This document shows, piece by piece, positions 29,498-40,696 of a DNA stretch of 64,000 bases. Every line of letters starts with the position of its first letter. Within the stretch, counting starts at the first letter, position 1. A program made the position numbers and the translations under genes. The notes beneath the pieces are model-generated. The model ran no database searches, had not been told where the DNA came from, and saw only the letters and a program-made list of their open reading frames with translations. This DNA is from Saccharolobus solfataricus P2 (GTDB lineage Archaea > Thermoproteota > Thermoprotei_A > Sulfolobales > Sulfolobaceae), in NCBI RefSeq assembly GCF_000007005.1, contig NC_002754.1; one strand, 5' to 3'.

Positions 29498-31090
29498 ATG
29501 TATATACAACCCTTAAACCCAACTGGTAATGTAGGGTTAACTATTTTAGCATCCTTAACACCAATAATTGCACTATTAATATTGTTGGCTGGGCTAAGAA
29601 TAACTGCATGGCTAGCTACGCTCATAGGTTCGATAATAACGATTTTAGTTGCAACATTTGTATGGGGAACTCCAATAATACAAGTTAGTTATGCATGGCT
29701 TATAGGAGCATTAGTAGGAACTTGGGCAATATCTTGGATAGTATTCTGGGGGTTAACAATTTATAATACGTTAGTGTTAACTGGGAAATTTGACGCATTT
29801 AGAGACTGGATAGTGAGAAATTCTACTAATGACGCTAGAGTTCAAGCTATAGTATTAGCGTGGTCTTTAGGAGCCTTATTTGAAGGACTGGTGGGATTTG
29901 GATATCCGTGGGCGTTTATCGCCCCACTCCTAATATATTTAGGTTTTGATGATCTAAAAGCTCTTCAAGTGTCCGCATTAGCTAATAACGCCCCAGTATC
30001 TTTTGGTGCATTAGGAACTCCAATAATTATTCTAGCGTCAGTTACTGGATTACCCTTATTATTCATATCATCTTCAGTTGCGAAAGTAGTGGCAATTTTG
30101 GCTCTATTACCACCTTGGATATTATTATATCTAGTTGATAAATGGAGGGGGATAAGAGAAGCATGGCCAATAGCTATACTTGGTTCACTATCCTATATTT
30201 TAGGTCAATATCCAGTAGCGAGTTTTATTGGTCCTTATTTACCGGACATTACAGGATCTTTAATATCTTTCGTCATATTACTTTTATTCTTAAGAGTGTG
30301 GAGACCTAAGAGAGTGCTGAGTCTAAGAAGCGTTCAGCCTAATGGTGGGGAGAGCAAGAAATACTCAACAAAAGACGTTATTGAGGCCTTATCAGCCTTC
30401 ATAGTGTTAATTATAGTAGTAACTCTATGGACTGGTCCTTGGTCACCACTAACTAAGTTTTCATTAGTAACCTTATCTCAAACAGCATACTCCTCTCTTC
30501 TCCATAAAAATGTAGGAGTAAGTTTTGCATTCAATCCTTTCGTAGCGGGTACGTCAATTTTAGTATCATGGATAATTATTTCTCTAGTTTTAAGGGCTTC
30601 GCCAAGAATTATGGGAGAAGCTATAAAGAGGTCTTTTCATCAATACTGGGGAGGGATATTAACTGGTATTTTTGTGGTTGGGCTTGCATATGTATTTAAT
30701 TTCAGCGGAATGGCTTACTCATTAGCTTGGAAAACTAGTGACCTAGGTATAGCATTTATAATAGTTTCACCCTTATTTGGTTGGATTGGATGCGCATTAT
30801 CAGGGAGTAATACGTCGACCAACGCCCTTTTTGGGGCGTTTCAAGTTACAACTGCACGTTTAACTGGTTTGCCCGTAGGATTACCACCAGCGTTAAATTC
30901 TGTGGGTGCTGAGTTAGCTAAACCAGTTGCTCCACAGACTGCTAGTGCAGGAGTATCCACAACAAAATACGTTCGAAAAGAGGGTATAGTGATTAGGAAA
31001 AATCTACCTTGGGCTATAGGCATTTTGATATATCTAATACTTATAGGAGTACTATACGCATTCTTAGCTCCATCTCTATTTGTACATTAG
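29498..31090 (+). CDS. lctP: L-lactate/glycolate permease
   Basis: FEGLVGFG, NNAPVSFGALG and SGSNTSTNALFG motifs. Confidence 0.9.
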   Translation: MYIQPLNPTGNVGLTILASLTPIIALLILLAGLRITAWLATLIGSIITILVATFVWGTPIIQVSYAWLIGALVGTWAISWIVFWGLTIYNTLVLTGKFDAFRDWIVRNSTNDARVQAIVLAWSLGALFEGLVGFGYPWAFIAPLLIYLGFDDLKALQVSALANNAPVSFGALGTPIIILASVTGLPLLFISSSVAKVVAILALLPPWILLYLVDKWRGIREAWPIAILGSLSYILGQYPVASFIGPYLPDITGSLISFVILLLFLRVWRPKRVLSLRSVQPNGGESKKYSTKDVIEALSAFIVLIIVVTLWTGPWSPLTKFSLVTLSQTAYSSLLHKNVGVSFAFNPFVAGTSILVSWIIISLVLRASPRIMGEAIKRSFHQYWGGILTGIFVVGLAYVFNFSGMAYSLAWKTSDLGIAFIIVSPLFGWIGCALSGSNTSTNALFGAFQVTTARLTGLPVGLPPALNSVGAELAKPVAPQTASAGVSTTKYVRKEGIVIRKNLPWAIGILIYLILIGVLYAFLAPSLFVH

Positions 31091-31397
31091 TGTTAGATAT
31101 ATGAATTAACTTCCTTTTTTCTATTAAGTTAACTCCTAATGTTTTTACATCTCTAGGATTGTTTAACTTAAATTATTCTTCTCAAAGTTTCAAGTAAGAA
31201 CTAAAGGTAAAATTATCATTAGCTTTTAGGATCTGCTTAAATATTATTCACAGATTTTCGGTTATGTATTGAAAATTTAGCTATTAAATATACTGATCCA
31301 CTGAGCTATAAACATTAATAATAATAATTTTTTAACTTTAATTTCTAAACATAGTACTACTATCTAAGCTAAAGAATTATATTTTTAACATACCTAC

Positions 31398-31412
31398 TTG
31401 CATTTTATGCAA
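31398..31412. promoter_or_regulatory. Ss-LrpB-type binding palindrome
   Basis: TTGCATTTTATGCAA lies upstream of the MFS gene and matches the boxes at 36927..37004. Confidence 0.75.
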
Positions 31413-31501
31413 GGAATTTTGATGAGCAATAGTTATATTTCTAATAAATATAGGCTAATTTTAGAAACAAAAGTTAAAACCATTTTTTACGTATAGAATG
31501 A

Positions 31502-32794
31502 ATGATGAGTAGTAAGTGGTTTGAAAAAGGATGGTTTAGGTGGATGCTAGTAGTAGGTGCAACTATTTCTATGGCACTTGTTAGTGTGTATGAATATTCA
31601 TGGACATTATATACTGTACCTCTAGGTAGAGTATTTCACGTAGCTCCAGGATCACCAGCCCTAGGACTTACATATACAATATATATTATCGTCCAAGCAT
31701 TATCGATGTTCGTTGCAGGTAGGATTGCGGATAGGTATGGTCCTAGACTAATTTCCATGTTAGGTGGGATAATTACTGGCATTGGATATATTAGCTCTGC
31801 CTTTGCTAAATCCTTGCCTATACTATATCTTACCTATGGTTTCGGAAGTATAGGAGTGGGCATAATATACGGTACTGCCATAAGTACTGCTGTCAAATGG
31901 TTCCCTGATAAAAGAGGTCTAGCCACTGGAATTATAGAAATAGGTTTCGGTGGAGGATCATTCGCATTATCCCCTTTGATACAATATATTATCACCTCAA
32001 TTAGTTACACAGCTGCATTCACTTACATGGGAATTGTGCAACTAATAGTTATAACTCTGCTGGCGTTCTTCTTTGCTTATCCTCCTCCCCAATGGTTACC
32101 TAAGGGCTTTAATGCTGAGGAGTACGAGAAAAAACGTAAGATGATAAAGAGAAGCAAAAATGATTATACTGTATCGCAAATGGTAAAGACATGGCAATGG
32201 TGGGTAATTTATATAGCGTTTTTCCTTATTGCTGGATCCGGCTTATCCATTATTGGACATTTAATACCATACGGTAGATCACTAGGATTTAGTATAGCTG
32301 CTGTAATTGCGGTATTTTTATTTCCCTTTGCCAATGGGTTAGGAAGATTTGTTATGGGTACTGTATCTGACTATTTAGGAAGACCTTATACTATGACGCT
32401 GTCATTTGGAATTAGTGGGATTTCCATGCTCTCAATAGCATTCATACCGAAGATTGCATCACTATACCTTGCTTTGATTTTCCTAACAGCATTCACGTGG
32501 GGACCATTATTCTCTTTGTTCCCACCACTGGTGGGTGACTATTATGGACCTAAACACTCTGGAGCTAATTATGGATTAACTTACACTGCAAAGGCGTTAG
32601 CAGGCATATTTGCCGGTTATGGTGCATCAATATTGTTTACCTCATATGGCATAAAGGAGACATTAATTATAACTGGTTCAATGGCTATAATGTCTGCTAT
32701 CCTAGCCTTAACTCTAAGACCACCGAAAATACCTACTGCGCAGATTGCCGGTGCTGAAAGCCAGAAAGGTAGTATAGAGTCCAAAACTAAGTAA
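31502..32794 (+). CDS. MFS permease, oxalate/formate antiporter (OFA) family
   Basis: YEYSW, GRIADRYGP, AVKWFPDKRGLATG, ANGLGRF and GANYG motifs. Confidence 0.85.
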   Translation: MMSSKWFEKGWFRWMLVVGATISMALVSVYEYSWTLYTVPLGRVFHVAPGSPALGLTYTIYIIVQALSMFVAGRIADRYGPRLISMLGGIITGIGYISSAFAKSLPILYLTYGFGSIGVGIIYGTAISTAVKWFPDKRGLATGIIEIGFGGGSFALSPLIQYIITSISYTAAFTYMGIVQLIVITLLAFFFAYPPPQWLPKGFNAEEYEKKRKMIKRSKNDYTVSQMVKTWQWWVIYIAFFLIAGSGLSIIGHLIPYGRSLGFSIAAVIAVFLFPFANGLGRFVMGTVSDYLGRPYTMTLSFGISGISMLSIAFIPKIASLYLALIFLTAFTWGPLFSLFPPLVGDYYGPKHSGANYGLTYTAKALAGIFAGYGASILFTSYGIKETLIITGSMAIMSAILALTLRPPKIPTAQIAGAESQKGSIESKTK

Positions 32795-32887
32795 TTTTTC
32801 TATAAAGGGTTTTTATCATAATTCCTATTATTTTTTATTTTTCCAGAAAATTTCTTAATAATCAAGTTAAACTTTCTTCCCCATATC

Positions 32888-32942
32888 TTGCACATTTTGC
32901 CAAAGATTCCAGAAACGATCTAATAAATTGCAAAAACTTCTA
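32888..32942. promoter_or_regulatory. Two degenerate Ss-LrpB-type sites upstream of the oxidoreductase operon
   Basis: TTGCACATTTTGCCAA at 32888 and TTGCAAAAACTTCTA at 32928. Confidence 0.5.
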
Positions 32943-33002
32943 TACGTAAGTTAACATAGTTACAAATCAATCTATATATAATAGATTACGAAATATTCTC
33001 AT

Positions 33003-34094
33003 ATGGGAGTAAAAGATGAAGTGAAGTATGTAGAGATAGTGTATAGAGGTATCTTCCAGAAAAGATTAGCAAAGTACATTGCAGAAGGAATCGTTTACAC
33101 TGCCAGGGAAATGGGGAGACCAGCCTTGTCTTTTGGCAGATATGGGGACTCCCCAGAAAGAAACGGAGTACCAGCAAAATACTATGTTGGAATAGGAGAT
33201 GGTGTAAATGAAGAAGACCTAATAGGTTACTCTACAAGAGTAGAACCAGATCTAGTGGATGTGATTATAGTACTAGACGATACCCTATTAAAGGGTGTAG
33301 AATCGTGGGCATGGCAAGGAGTTCAACCCATAAACCTCAAACTAAAGAGTAACGGGACAATGTTGGTAACTTCTACCAAGAGAATTAACGAGTTATTAAA
33401 AATGATACCTAAAAAGGACTTTAATTGGACTCTAGGAGTAATAAAAACTGAACCATCATTTTCGGGACTATGGGCATTTAAGGATGACTTAACCATGGAG
33501 AAAGTCTGGGGAGGATTAGCAAAGCTAAGACCTGATATCATAGATTTAGACCATTTACTTAAATATGTAACCAAAAAACAAGATGCTAACAAGAGAGTAT
33601 CTGCAGTAAGAGAAGCATATTCCTCAGTAGATTATAGAACTGTGATGAAAGGTGAGGGAATAGATTTCGTATATAATCCACCTAGGTTACTAACATGGCA
33701 GGAAATGTTAGAGGGTACAGTAATTCCAGCAGTTCCGAGGGGAAAGAGGAATGAACTCTTTAAGAGAGGAACTACAAAATTTGAAAGACCTACAGTAGAT
33801 TTCGATACTTGTATCAAATGTAAACTATGTTGGGTGTACTGTCCAGATGAATGTTTCGATGAAACTCCAGATGGATATTATGATATAGCTTACGACTACT
33901 GTGTAGGATGCGGAATATGCGCTGAAGTGTGCCCAGTTAAGGATTGCATAGTAATGGTAGACGAATCGATGTTCACGGATTACAGAAGGCCATATGAGAT
34001 GTGGAAAGAGGATAAAGCAAAGTATAAGGAATGGTTAAAAACTGTAAGGCAAGCTAGGAAGGAAAGAGTTTACGTTCCGGGGTTGGGAAGATGA
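33003..34094 (+). CDS. porD: 2-oxoacid:ferredoxin oxidoreductase fused gamma/delta subunit
   Basis: Gamma-like N-terminal domain plus two 4Fe-4S motifs (CIKCKLCWVYCP; CVGCGICAEVCP). Confidence 0.9.
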   Translation: MGVKDEVKYVEIVYRGIFQKRLAKYIAEGIVYTAREMGRPALSFGRYGDSPERNGVPAKYYVGIGDGVNEEDLIGYSTRVEPDLVDVIIVLDDTLLKGVESWAWQGVQPINLKLKSNGTMLVTSTKRINELLKMIPKKDFNWTLGVIKTEPSFSGLWAFKDDLTMEKVWGGLAKLRPDIIDLDHLLKYVTKKQDANKRVSAVREAYSSVDYRTVMKGEGIDFVYNPPRLLTWQEMLEGTVIPAVPRGKRNELFKRGTTKFERPTVDFDTCIKCKLCWVYCPDECFDETPDGYYDIAYDYCVGCGICAEVCPVKDCIVMVDESMFTDYRRPYEMWKEDKAKYKEWLKTVRQARKERVYVPGLGR

Positions 34095-35338
34095 CTGAGG
34101 TTAAGAAATTAGTAGAAAGAGAGGTATTAATGAATGGAACACAAGCAGTAGCTCATGCAGCAATGTACGCCGATGTAGACGTTGTTGCTGCATATCCAAT
34201 TAGACCATATACTGAAGTTATGGATACGATTTCCAAATTAATAGCCGATGGAGAATTAGATGCGGAGTTCATAGTTGCTGAGGGAGAACATGGACAGTTT
34301 GAGACCGTGAAGCACGCATCATTAGCGGGGGCAAGGACTCTAGTGGGGAGTAGTGGAGTGGGTTGGCTTTACGCAATGGAAGCAATAGTAGTTACTGCTA
34401 CAGATCGTGCTCCAGTAGTCGCAATAATAGGAAATAGAGCTTTAGATGATCCTGGAGCCTATGGAGTTGAACATAATGACGCATTAATGGTGAGAGACGT
34501 GGGTTGGCTATTGGTTTGGGTAGATACTGCTCAAGAGGCTTTCGATACTGCATTACTAGCTTATAGGATAGCTGAGGATCAAAGGGTATTACTACCATTA
34601 GGTATCTCTATGGATGGTGGATTTCTAACACACTCGGAACAGATAGTAAGATTGCCTCCTAGAGAACTAGTTAAGAACTTCTTACCACCATATAATAGAG
34701 GTAAGTACTTGGTTCACCCTGATAATCCGATTACGGTAGCTCCTCAAGTTAATGAGGATTGGGTTATGGAAATAAGAAGACAACACGAAGAGGCCATGGA
34801 GAGGGCTAGAAGTGTAATAGTTGAGGCTTATGAAGAATTTAAAAAGGTATTTGGAAGATATCCCGGCTCAACTAGCGATTTACAGATGCCAGAAAACCCA
34901 TTTGTAGAACCGTATATGATTGATGACGCAGAGGTAGTGCTAATTGGAATGGGAACAGTATCTAAACCGATGAAGGTCGCAATAAAGAATATGAGACGGC
35001 AAGGCTATAAGGTGGGAATGTTAAGGATAAGATGGTTCAGGCCATTCCCAACACAAGATGTTATTAGGTATTTAGCTAATTCTAGAGTAGTGTGTGTTAT
35101 TGATAGGGATTACTCAATGGGATCTCCAAATAGAGGAGGCGTGATTTACCACGAAGTTAGATCTTCGTTATACGATCTAGATCAGAGGCCTAGAGTTATG
35201 AATTTCATAGGAGGATTAGGTGGGAGGGAAATAACTATCCAAGATGTGGAAAAGATAATTAAGATAGGTTATGAACATAGAGATACTCCCATAACGAAAC
35301 CCGTTTATTGGGTTGGGGTAAGAGGAGACCCTTGGTAA
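34091..35338 (+). CDS. porA: 2-oxoacid:ferredoxin oxidoreductase alpha subunit (oxalate-oxidoreductase-like)
   Basis: YPIRPYT, GELDAEF, EGEH, GSSGVG, RWFRPFP and GGLGG motifs. Confidence 0.9.
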   Translation: MTEVKKLVEREVLMNGTQAVAHAAMYADVDVVAAYPIRPYTEVMDTISKLIADGELDAEFIVAEGEHGQFETVKHASLAGARTLVGSSGVGWLYAMEAIVVTATDRAPVVAIIGNRALDDPGAYGVEHNDALMVRDVGWLLVWVDTAQEAFDTALLAYRIAEDQRVLLPLGISMDGGFLTHSEQIVRLPPRELVKNFLPPYNRGKYLVHPDNPITVAPQVNEDWVMEIRRQHEEAMERARSVIVEAYEEFKKVFGRYPGSTSDLQMPENPFVEPYMIDDAEVVLIGMGTVSKPMKVAIKNMRRQGYKVGMLRIRWFRPFPTQDVIRYLANSRVVCVIDRDYSMGSPNRGGVIYHEVRSSLYDLDQRPRVMNFIGGLGGREITIQDVEKIIKIGYEHRDTPITKPVYWVGVRGDPW

Positions 35339-35356
35339 AAGTGGAGGTGATATGAA

Positions 35357-36373
35357 ATGGTTGAAAAGGAATTGGAAGAAAAAGTGTATAAGTCTATAAT
35401 TAAGACAATAAAAGACACACCGTTAGAGGAGTTCTATACATCTGGTCATAGGACTTGCCAAGGATGCGAGTCGGCACTAGTGATGAGATTTTTAGCTAAA
35501 GCTGCTGGACCAAGAACAATAGTTATAGGAGCTACTGGATGCATGTATGTAGCAAATACTACATATTATACTACGTCATGGATAGTTCCATGGGTTCACA
35601 CACAACTGGGAGGAACAGGTGCAGCTGCATTAGGTACTGCCGCTGCACTTAGGGCATTAATGAGGAAAGGAAAAATAAAGCAAGAACCTATAAACGTGAT
35701 AGCCTTCTGTGGAGACCTAGGATGCGCGGATATGGGTTTATCTGGAGTTTCAAATGCAATGACTTATGATTATAACTTACTCATAATACTTTATGATAAT
35801 GAGTCCTCAGCAAATACTGATATTCAGGAGACTAGTATGACACCATTTGGAGCGCAAACATCATTTAGTAGACCCGGTAAACAAAGAAGAATAATGAAGA
35901 AAAGGTGGAAAAAGAGCGTAGTCCCAATGATAATAGCTGGACATAGGAACGTTAGATATGCAGCCACTATGACTCCTGCCTATCCACTGGACTCCATGAA
36001 TAAGATCAGAAAGGCATTAACGATAGGGGGACCAACGTTCATTCATTCGTTAGACCCGTGCCCGAAGGGATGGGATTACGATCCGAAATTCTCTCACGAA
36101 CTGGGAGTATTGGCAGTAGAGACAGGATTATGGCCACTATATGAATATATAGATGGAGAGATAGTGTACAATGAGCCTACCAAGAGCATAGTAGAGGGTA
36201 GAATGAAGAGAAAACCAGTAAAAGAGTACTTAGAAAAGCAAGGAAGATTTTCACATTTTACTGAAGAAGACATTGAATACGTCCAAAGAATGGTTGACGA
36301 GATGTATGAAGAATGGGAAATACCTGGGGTAATGCCAATAAAGTCAATAAATGCGAAGATAAGTGATAAATAA
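35357..36373 (+). CDS. porB: 2-oxoacid:ferredoxin oxidoreductase beta subunit
   Basis: GHRTCQGC, GCMYVANT, GDLG...YDNE TPP motif and PCPKGW. Confidence 0.9.
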   Translation: MVEKELEEKVYKSIIKTIKDTPLEEFYTSGHRTCQGCESALVMRFLAKAAGPRTIVIGATGCMYVANTTYYTTSWIVPWVHTQLGGTGAAALGTAAALRALMRKGKIKQEPINVIAFCGDLGCADMGLSGVSNAMTYDYNLLIILYDNESSANTDIQETSMTPFGAQTSFSRPGKQRRIMKKRWKKSVVPMIIAGHRNVRYAATMTPAYPLDSMNKIRKALTIGGPTFIHSLDPCPKGWDYDPKFSHELGVLAVETGLWPLYEYIDGEIVYNEPTKSIVEGRMKRKPVKEYLEKQGRFSHFTEEDIEYVQRMVDEMYEEWEIPGVMPIKSINAKISDK

Positions 36374-36424
36374 AGAAAAATATCTTTTCTTTTTTCCTAT
36401 TTTTGGAAATTTATATTGATGTAC

Positions 36425-36892
36425 TCATAACAGTACTGAAGGATCTATCTTATATCTCTCAATTATCCTTGAAATCGAAACAGTCTTGATTCCCTTAATA
36501 TTGTACAATTTATTGGCTATAAATTGATGTGCGCTTGCATCATCTTTAAAGATCATATGTACATGTAATCTAGGCCCATTATCTAAACCGTATATCCTCA
36601 CTACTTCCGGTATTTCACCTAGGTCTTGGGCTACCTTCTTTATGGAGTATGGTACTGTCTCTATTTCCATTACTAATGAGACATTCAAACCTAAATTTAC
36701 TCTGTCTATTAAGGCGACATACCCTCTTATTATTTGCGCATCTTCCAATCTCTTAATCCTATACCTTACTGTACTTATTGGTATTCCGAGCTCATCGGAT
36801 AGCTCCTTTAAACTCTTTTTAGCATTATAGCGCAAAATGTTAAGAATTTTCTCATCAGTATCATCAAGTCTTATTATATTTACTCCCATCAT
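36425..36892 (-). CDS. lrpB: Lrp/AsnC regulator Ss-LrpB
   Basis: LDDTDEKILNILRYNAKKSLKELSDELG...RIKRLE HTH plus RAM domain. Sits in the known context next to the por operon. Confidence 0.93.
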   Translation of the reverse strand: MMGVNIIRLDDTDEKILNILRYNAKKSLKELSDELGIPISTVRYRIKRLEDAQIIRGYVALIDRVNLGLNVSLVMEIETVPYSIKKVAQDLGEIPEVVRIYGLDNGPRLHVHMIFKDDASAHQFIANKLYNIKGIKTVSISRIIERYKIDPSVLL

Positions 36893-36926
36893 TATACATT
36901 ATACATTATCAAACATAAAAGGATTA

Positions 36927-37004
36927 TTGTAAAAATTACAAGATAATGCCTTTTTATATTGCATAAAATGAAGTTTTATATCGCTTTGTTTGATAATTTT
37001 GCAA
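36927..37004. promoter_or_regulatory. Three regularly spaced Ss-LrpB operator boxes
   Basis: TTGTAAAAATTACAA (36927), TTGCATAAAATGAAG (36959) and TTGATAATTTTGCAA (36990), spaced 32 and 31 bp. Confidence 0.88.
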
Positions 37005-37049
37005 CCCTAGATAGGTAAAGAATTATTAAAGTTTTAAATATTTATCATA

Positions 37050-38123
37050 CTTCGTCAGACTTTAAAGGGCAAGAAAACTTCACTCAGTATTGACGTCCAA
37101 GGTTCACCGCACCTCTTCACACTATACGTAAGGTCATTTACTCTCTTGGATATGGAGCGTAGGAACCTCGTTGCATCCCACATTAAGGTCTCGAAGTCCG
37201 TGTAAATCTTCGAGTAGAGCCTTTTCTTGAGGACTGCCCACGGCCCCTCCGCCGGACTCTTATCCGGAGAGTAAGGCGGCAGATAAACAAACTCCACCCC
37301 ATTTTCCTCAAGGAATTCCCTCACTTCATTACCGTGTATTCTAGCATTATCCATCACTATCACGGTCTTCTCGTCCTTTATTACCTTCCTCAAGTAGAGT
37401 ATAATATCTTTTGAGTTCAGCGAGGGCTTCTTGTATGTCGAATAGGAGAAAGTTATTCCCTCTTTACTAATCGTTATCCCGCCTACTACTGCAAACCTCT
37501 TCCTCTTAGGGTTGACCTTTATCCCTCCTCCGACCTTCATCCAGCCTTTACCCTTGTTTATGTAGGACACGTACGACTCATCGAAGATGTGTACCTTGTA
37601 CCCTTCTCTTATTTTTTTAAAAAGCTTCTCCCCTTGTTCCTTCACCCACCTTTCTACAGCGTTATCGTCTCTAACGTAAGTTCTCTTTCCTTTCTTGTAC
37701 TTGAAGCCTAACTTCTTGAGGACTGGGCTTAAACTCCTCGGGTTGTACTTTATCCCAAATTCCTTGTCAAGTATATACGCTATGAGCTTCAAGGTCCAGA
37801 AATCGTAGTTCAAGCCGAAATCTCTTGGGCTCTTTTCTAAGATTCGGACGAGCTTTTCCTCGTCCTTCAGTTTCGTGGGTCCCTTCCTCGGCTTAGCGCT
37901 CAGGTCACCTTTCCTCAACCACTTGTACACGGTAAAGATGGAGACGTCATACTTCTTGGCAACGTCCTTTATACTCATCCCGTTCCTCACATCTTTTACA
38001 GCGTTAATCCTCCTCTCTTCCTCTTGTTTCTTGTTGAGCCTTATACCGTGCATTCTGGATTTCGGCATAACAATTTAGTATTACTCATGAAATATAAATC
38101 TTGCTCTTTAAAGTCTGACGAAG
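37050..38123 (-). mobile_element. ISC1078 (IS630 family) with TA duplication
   Basis: TIR CTTCGTCAGACTTTAAAG with TA on both sides; 1078 bp including the two TA. Confidence 0.95.
37055..38068 (-). CDS. IS630 transposase
   Basis: HIFDES, VMDNARIH and LPPYSPDKSPAE motifs. Confidence 0.93.
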   Translation of the reverse strand: MPKSRMHGIRLNKKQEEERRINAVKDVRNGMSIKDVAKKYDVSIFTVYKWLRKGDLSAKPRKGPTKLKDEEKLVRILEKSPRDFGLNYDFWTLKLIAYILDKEFGIKYNPRSLSPVLKKLGFKYKKGKRTYVRDDNAVERWVKEQGEKLFKKIREGYKVHIFDESYVSYINKGKGWMKVGGGIKVNPKRKRFAVVGGITISKEGITFSYSTYKKPSLNSKDIILYLRKVIKDEKTVIVMDNARIHGNEVREFLEENGVEFVYLPPYSPDKSPAEGPWAVLKKRLYSKIYTDFETLMWDATRFLRSISKRVNDLTYSVKRCGEPWTSILSEVFLPFKV

Positions 38124-38695
38124 TACATTTTTCAGCTGATAATTAAAACCATTAGATTATATAGAATAATTTGTATAAAAGTTTGTTAATAAATTTTTAA
38201 ATTTTTTTAAGGGTGATATATGACTCTGATGTTTAACGTTCGCCCATTTTACAACGTTAATCGTATAATTTAGATGTTACCGGAAACAAAGATAAAGGAG
38301 GTTCTGGAATCGATTTTGATACTATTATAACTACAGAGGGCTCATTATCTGTAATGTCATCCATGACCTTGTCTAATTTGAGCGGAATTGGAAAAATTAT
38401 CATTATTTAATATCAGTACGATTATAAACTAGGTCTACTATAAAAATGAAACATGTTAATAGGGTATTACGGAAATAATTGACCACTTCTAAGATAAAAT
38501 TTACAAAAGTTAAAATTAACTAAGCAAACAAGTTTCCTCTTCATCTTAATCTTATAGTTAAACCTTAGGGAAGGAAAACATTCACAGTAAATAAGCGGAA
38601 TGGTTAAAAGCATTCTTGACTCTACCCAGTCATTTCAGCAATAATATTGTTAGCTACATTTATTTTTTATATATTAGTTACACAGATAGCTTATT

Positions 38696-40195
38696 ATGCC
38701 CGGTGGCTTCATCTTAGCAATAGATGAGGGAACAACAAGTGCTAGAGCAATTATATATAATCAAGATTTAGAAGTATTAGGAATAGGTCAGTACGATTTT
38801 CCTCAACATTACCCAAGTCCAGGATATGTAGAGCACAATCCCGATGAGATATGGAATGCACAAATGTTAGCAATAAAAGAAGCTATGAAAAAGGCGAAGA
38901 TAGAGTCTAGGCAAGTAGCTGGAATCGGAGTGACTAATCAGAGGGAGACTACCATATTATGGGATGCGATAAGTGGGAAACCAATTTACAATGCAATTGT
39001 TTGGCAAGATAGAAGAACTTCTAATATAACTGATTGGCTAAAGGAGAATTACTTTGGTATGATAAAGGATAAAACCGGGCTTATTCCTGACCCTTACTTT
39101 AGTGGATCTAAAATAAAGTGGATATTGGATAATCTCCCTAATGTGAGGAGTAAGGCAGAAAAGGGCGAAATAAAGTTTGGAACTATAGATACTTATCTTA
39201 TATGGAAGTTAACTAATGGTAAGATTCACGTAACTGATTATTCAAACGCGTCAAGAACCATGCTATTCAACATAAATAAGCTAGAATGGGATAGAGAAAT
39301 CTTGGAATTATTGAAAATTCCAGAGAGTATATTACCTGAAGTGAGACCATCTAGCGATATTTACGGGTATACTGAAGTTTTGGGATCCTCTATTCCAATC
39401 TCTGGTGATGCCGGAGATCAACAAGCTGCCTTGTTTGGTCAAGTAGCCTATGACATGGGCGAAGTAAAATCAACCTATGGGACTGGAAGTTTCATTCTGA
39501 TGAATATAGGTAGCAATCCGATTTTTTCAGAAAATTTACTAACCACTATAGCTTGGGGTTTAGAGAGTAAAAGGGTTACATATGCTTTAGAAGGAAGTAT
39601 ATTCATAACTGGTGCGGCAGTACAGTGGTTTAGAGATGGTTTAAGAGCAATAGATGCATCGGATGACATCGAGCCATTAGCCGCAAGTGTACCGGATACT
39701 GGTGGTGTCTATTTCGTACCAGCATTTGTCGGGTTAGGTGCACCATACTGGGATCCATACGCGAGGGGATTGATAATAGGTATTACGAGGGGGACTACAA
39801 AGGCTCATATAGCTAGAGCAATACTCGAATCAATAGCATACCAAAATAGAGACGTAATAGAAATAATGGAGAAAGAGTCTGGGACTAAGATAAACATACT
39901 AAAGGTTGATGGTGGTGGGGCTAAGGACAATTTACTGATGCAATTTCAAGCAGATATTTTGGGAATTAGGGTAGTAAGGCCGAAGGTAATGGAGACTGCA
40001 TCTATGGGCGTTGCAATGTTAGCAGGTTTAGCAATAAATTATTGGAATTCACTTAACGAATTGAAACAAAAATGGACTGTCGACAAAGAGTTCATTCCCT
40101 CAATCAATAAAGAAGAAAGGGAAAGACGCTATAATGCGTGGAAAGAGGCAGTGAAGAGGTCGCTGGGTTGGGAAAAATCGTTAGGTAGTAAATAA
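38696..40195 (+). CDS. glpK: Glycerol kinase (FGGY family)
   Basis: [37 protein letters not shown] and VDGGGA motifs. Confidence 0.93.
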   Translation: MPGGFILAIDEGTTSARAIIYNQDLEVLGIGQYDFPQHYPSPGYVEHNPDEIWNAQMLAIKEAMKKAKIESRQVAGIGVTNQRETTILWDAISGKPIYNAIVWQDRRTSNITDWLKENYFGMIKDKTGLIPDPYFSGSKIKWILDNLPNVRSKAEKGEIKFGTIDTYLIWKLTNGKIHVTDYSNASRTMLFNINKLEWDREILELLKIPESILPEVRPSSDIYGYTEVLGSSIPISGDAGDQQAALFGQVAYDMGEVKSTYGTGSFILMNIGSNPIFSENLLTTIAWGLESKRVTYALEGSIFITGAAVQWFRDGLRAIDASDDIEPLAASVPDTGGVYFVPAFVGLGAPYWDPYARGLIIGITRGTTKAHIARAILESIAYQNRDVIEIMEKESGTKINILKVDGGGAKDNLLMQFQADILGIRVVRPKVMETASMGVAMLAGLAINYWNSLNELKQKWTVDKEFIPSINKEERERRYNAWKEAVKRSLGWEKSLGSK

Positions 40196-40696
40196 CTATG
40201 GTCATTCAGTCTTTGACCAGAACCCGTTTATGACATTTTTCATATAGAGGTTCCATAGGGGAAATTTTCTGGAATTTCACTACTGAAACCATATATAGAA
40301 TGAGGAGGAGACTAGAAATTACGACCTGTTCGTCTCGCCCTTTTGACAGTTCATATGTTTACAGTTTACCTTTTTCATCTTCATCACTTCATAACTAGTG
40401 GAGTTAACTAACACCGTTCCATTGACTCAGCACAAGACCAGGCTTGGGTTTTTCGCTCAATTAGCCCTCCTCGGAGTTCGTGAATATATAGATATGGTGC
40501 GGGGACACTTAACCTATACCCATCGTCTTGAGCTTTCCCCCATCCGCAGTGTTTTAAAGAATGTAACATTAAAAACTTCACACCATTATGGATGGTAATG
40601 CTTGTCGTTCTTTTGCCACTAATAATTAGATCTAGATAACCACTTATTATAAATAAAGAATTACAAGAAAAACGCATTAATTACATTTTAAAGAAA

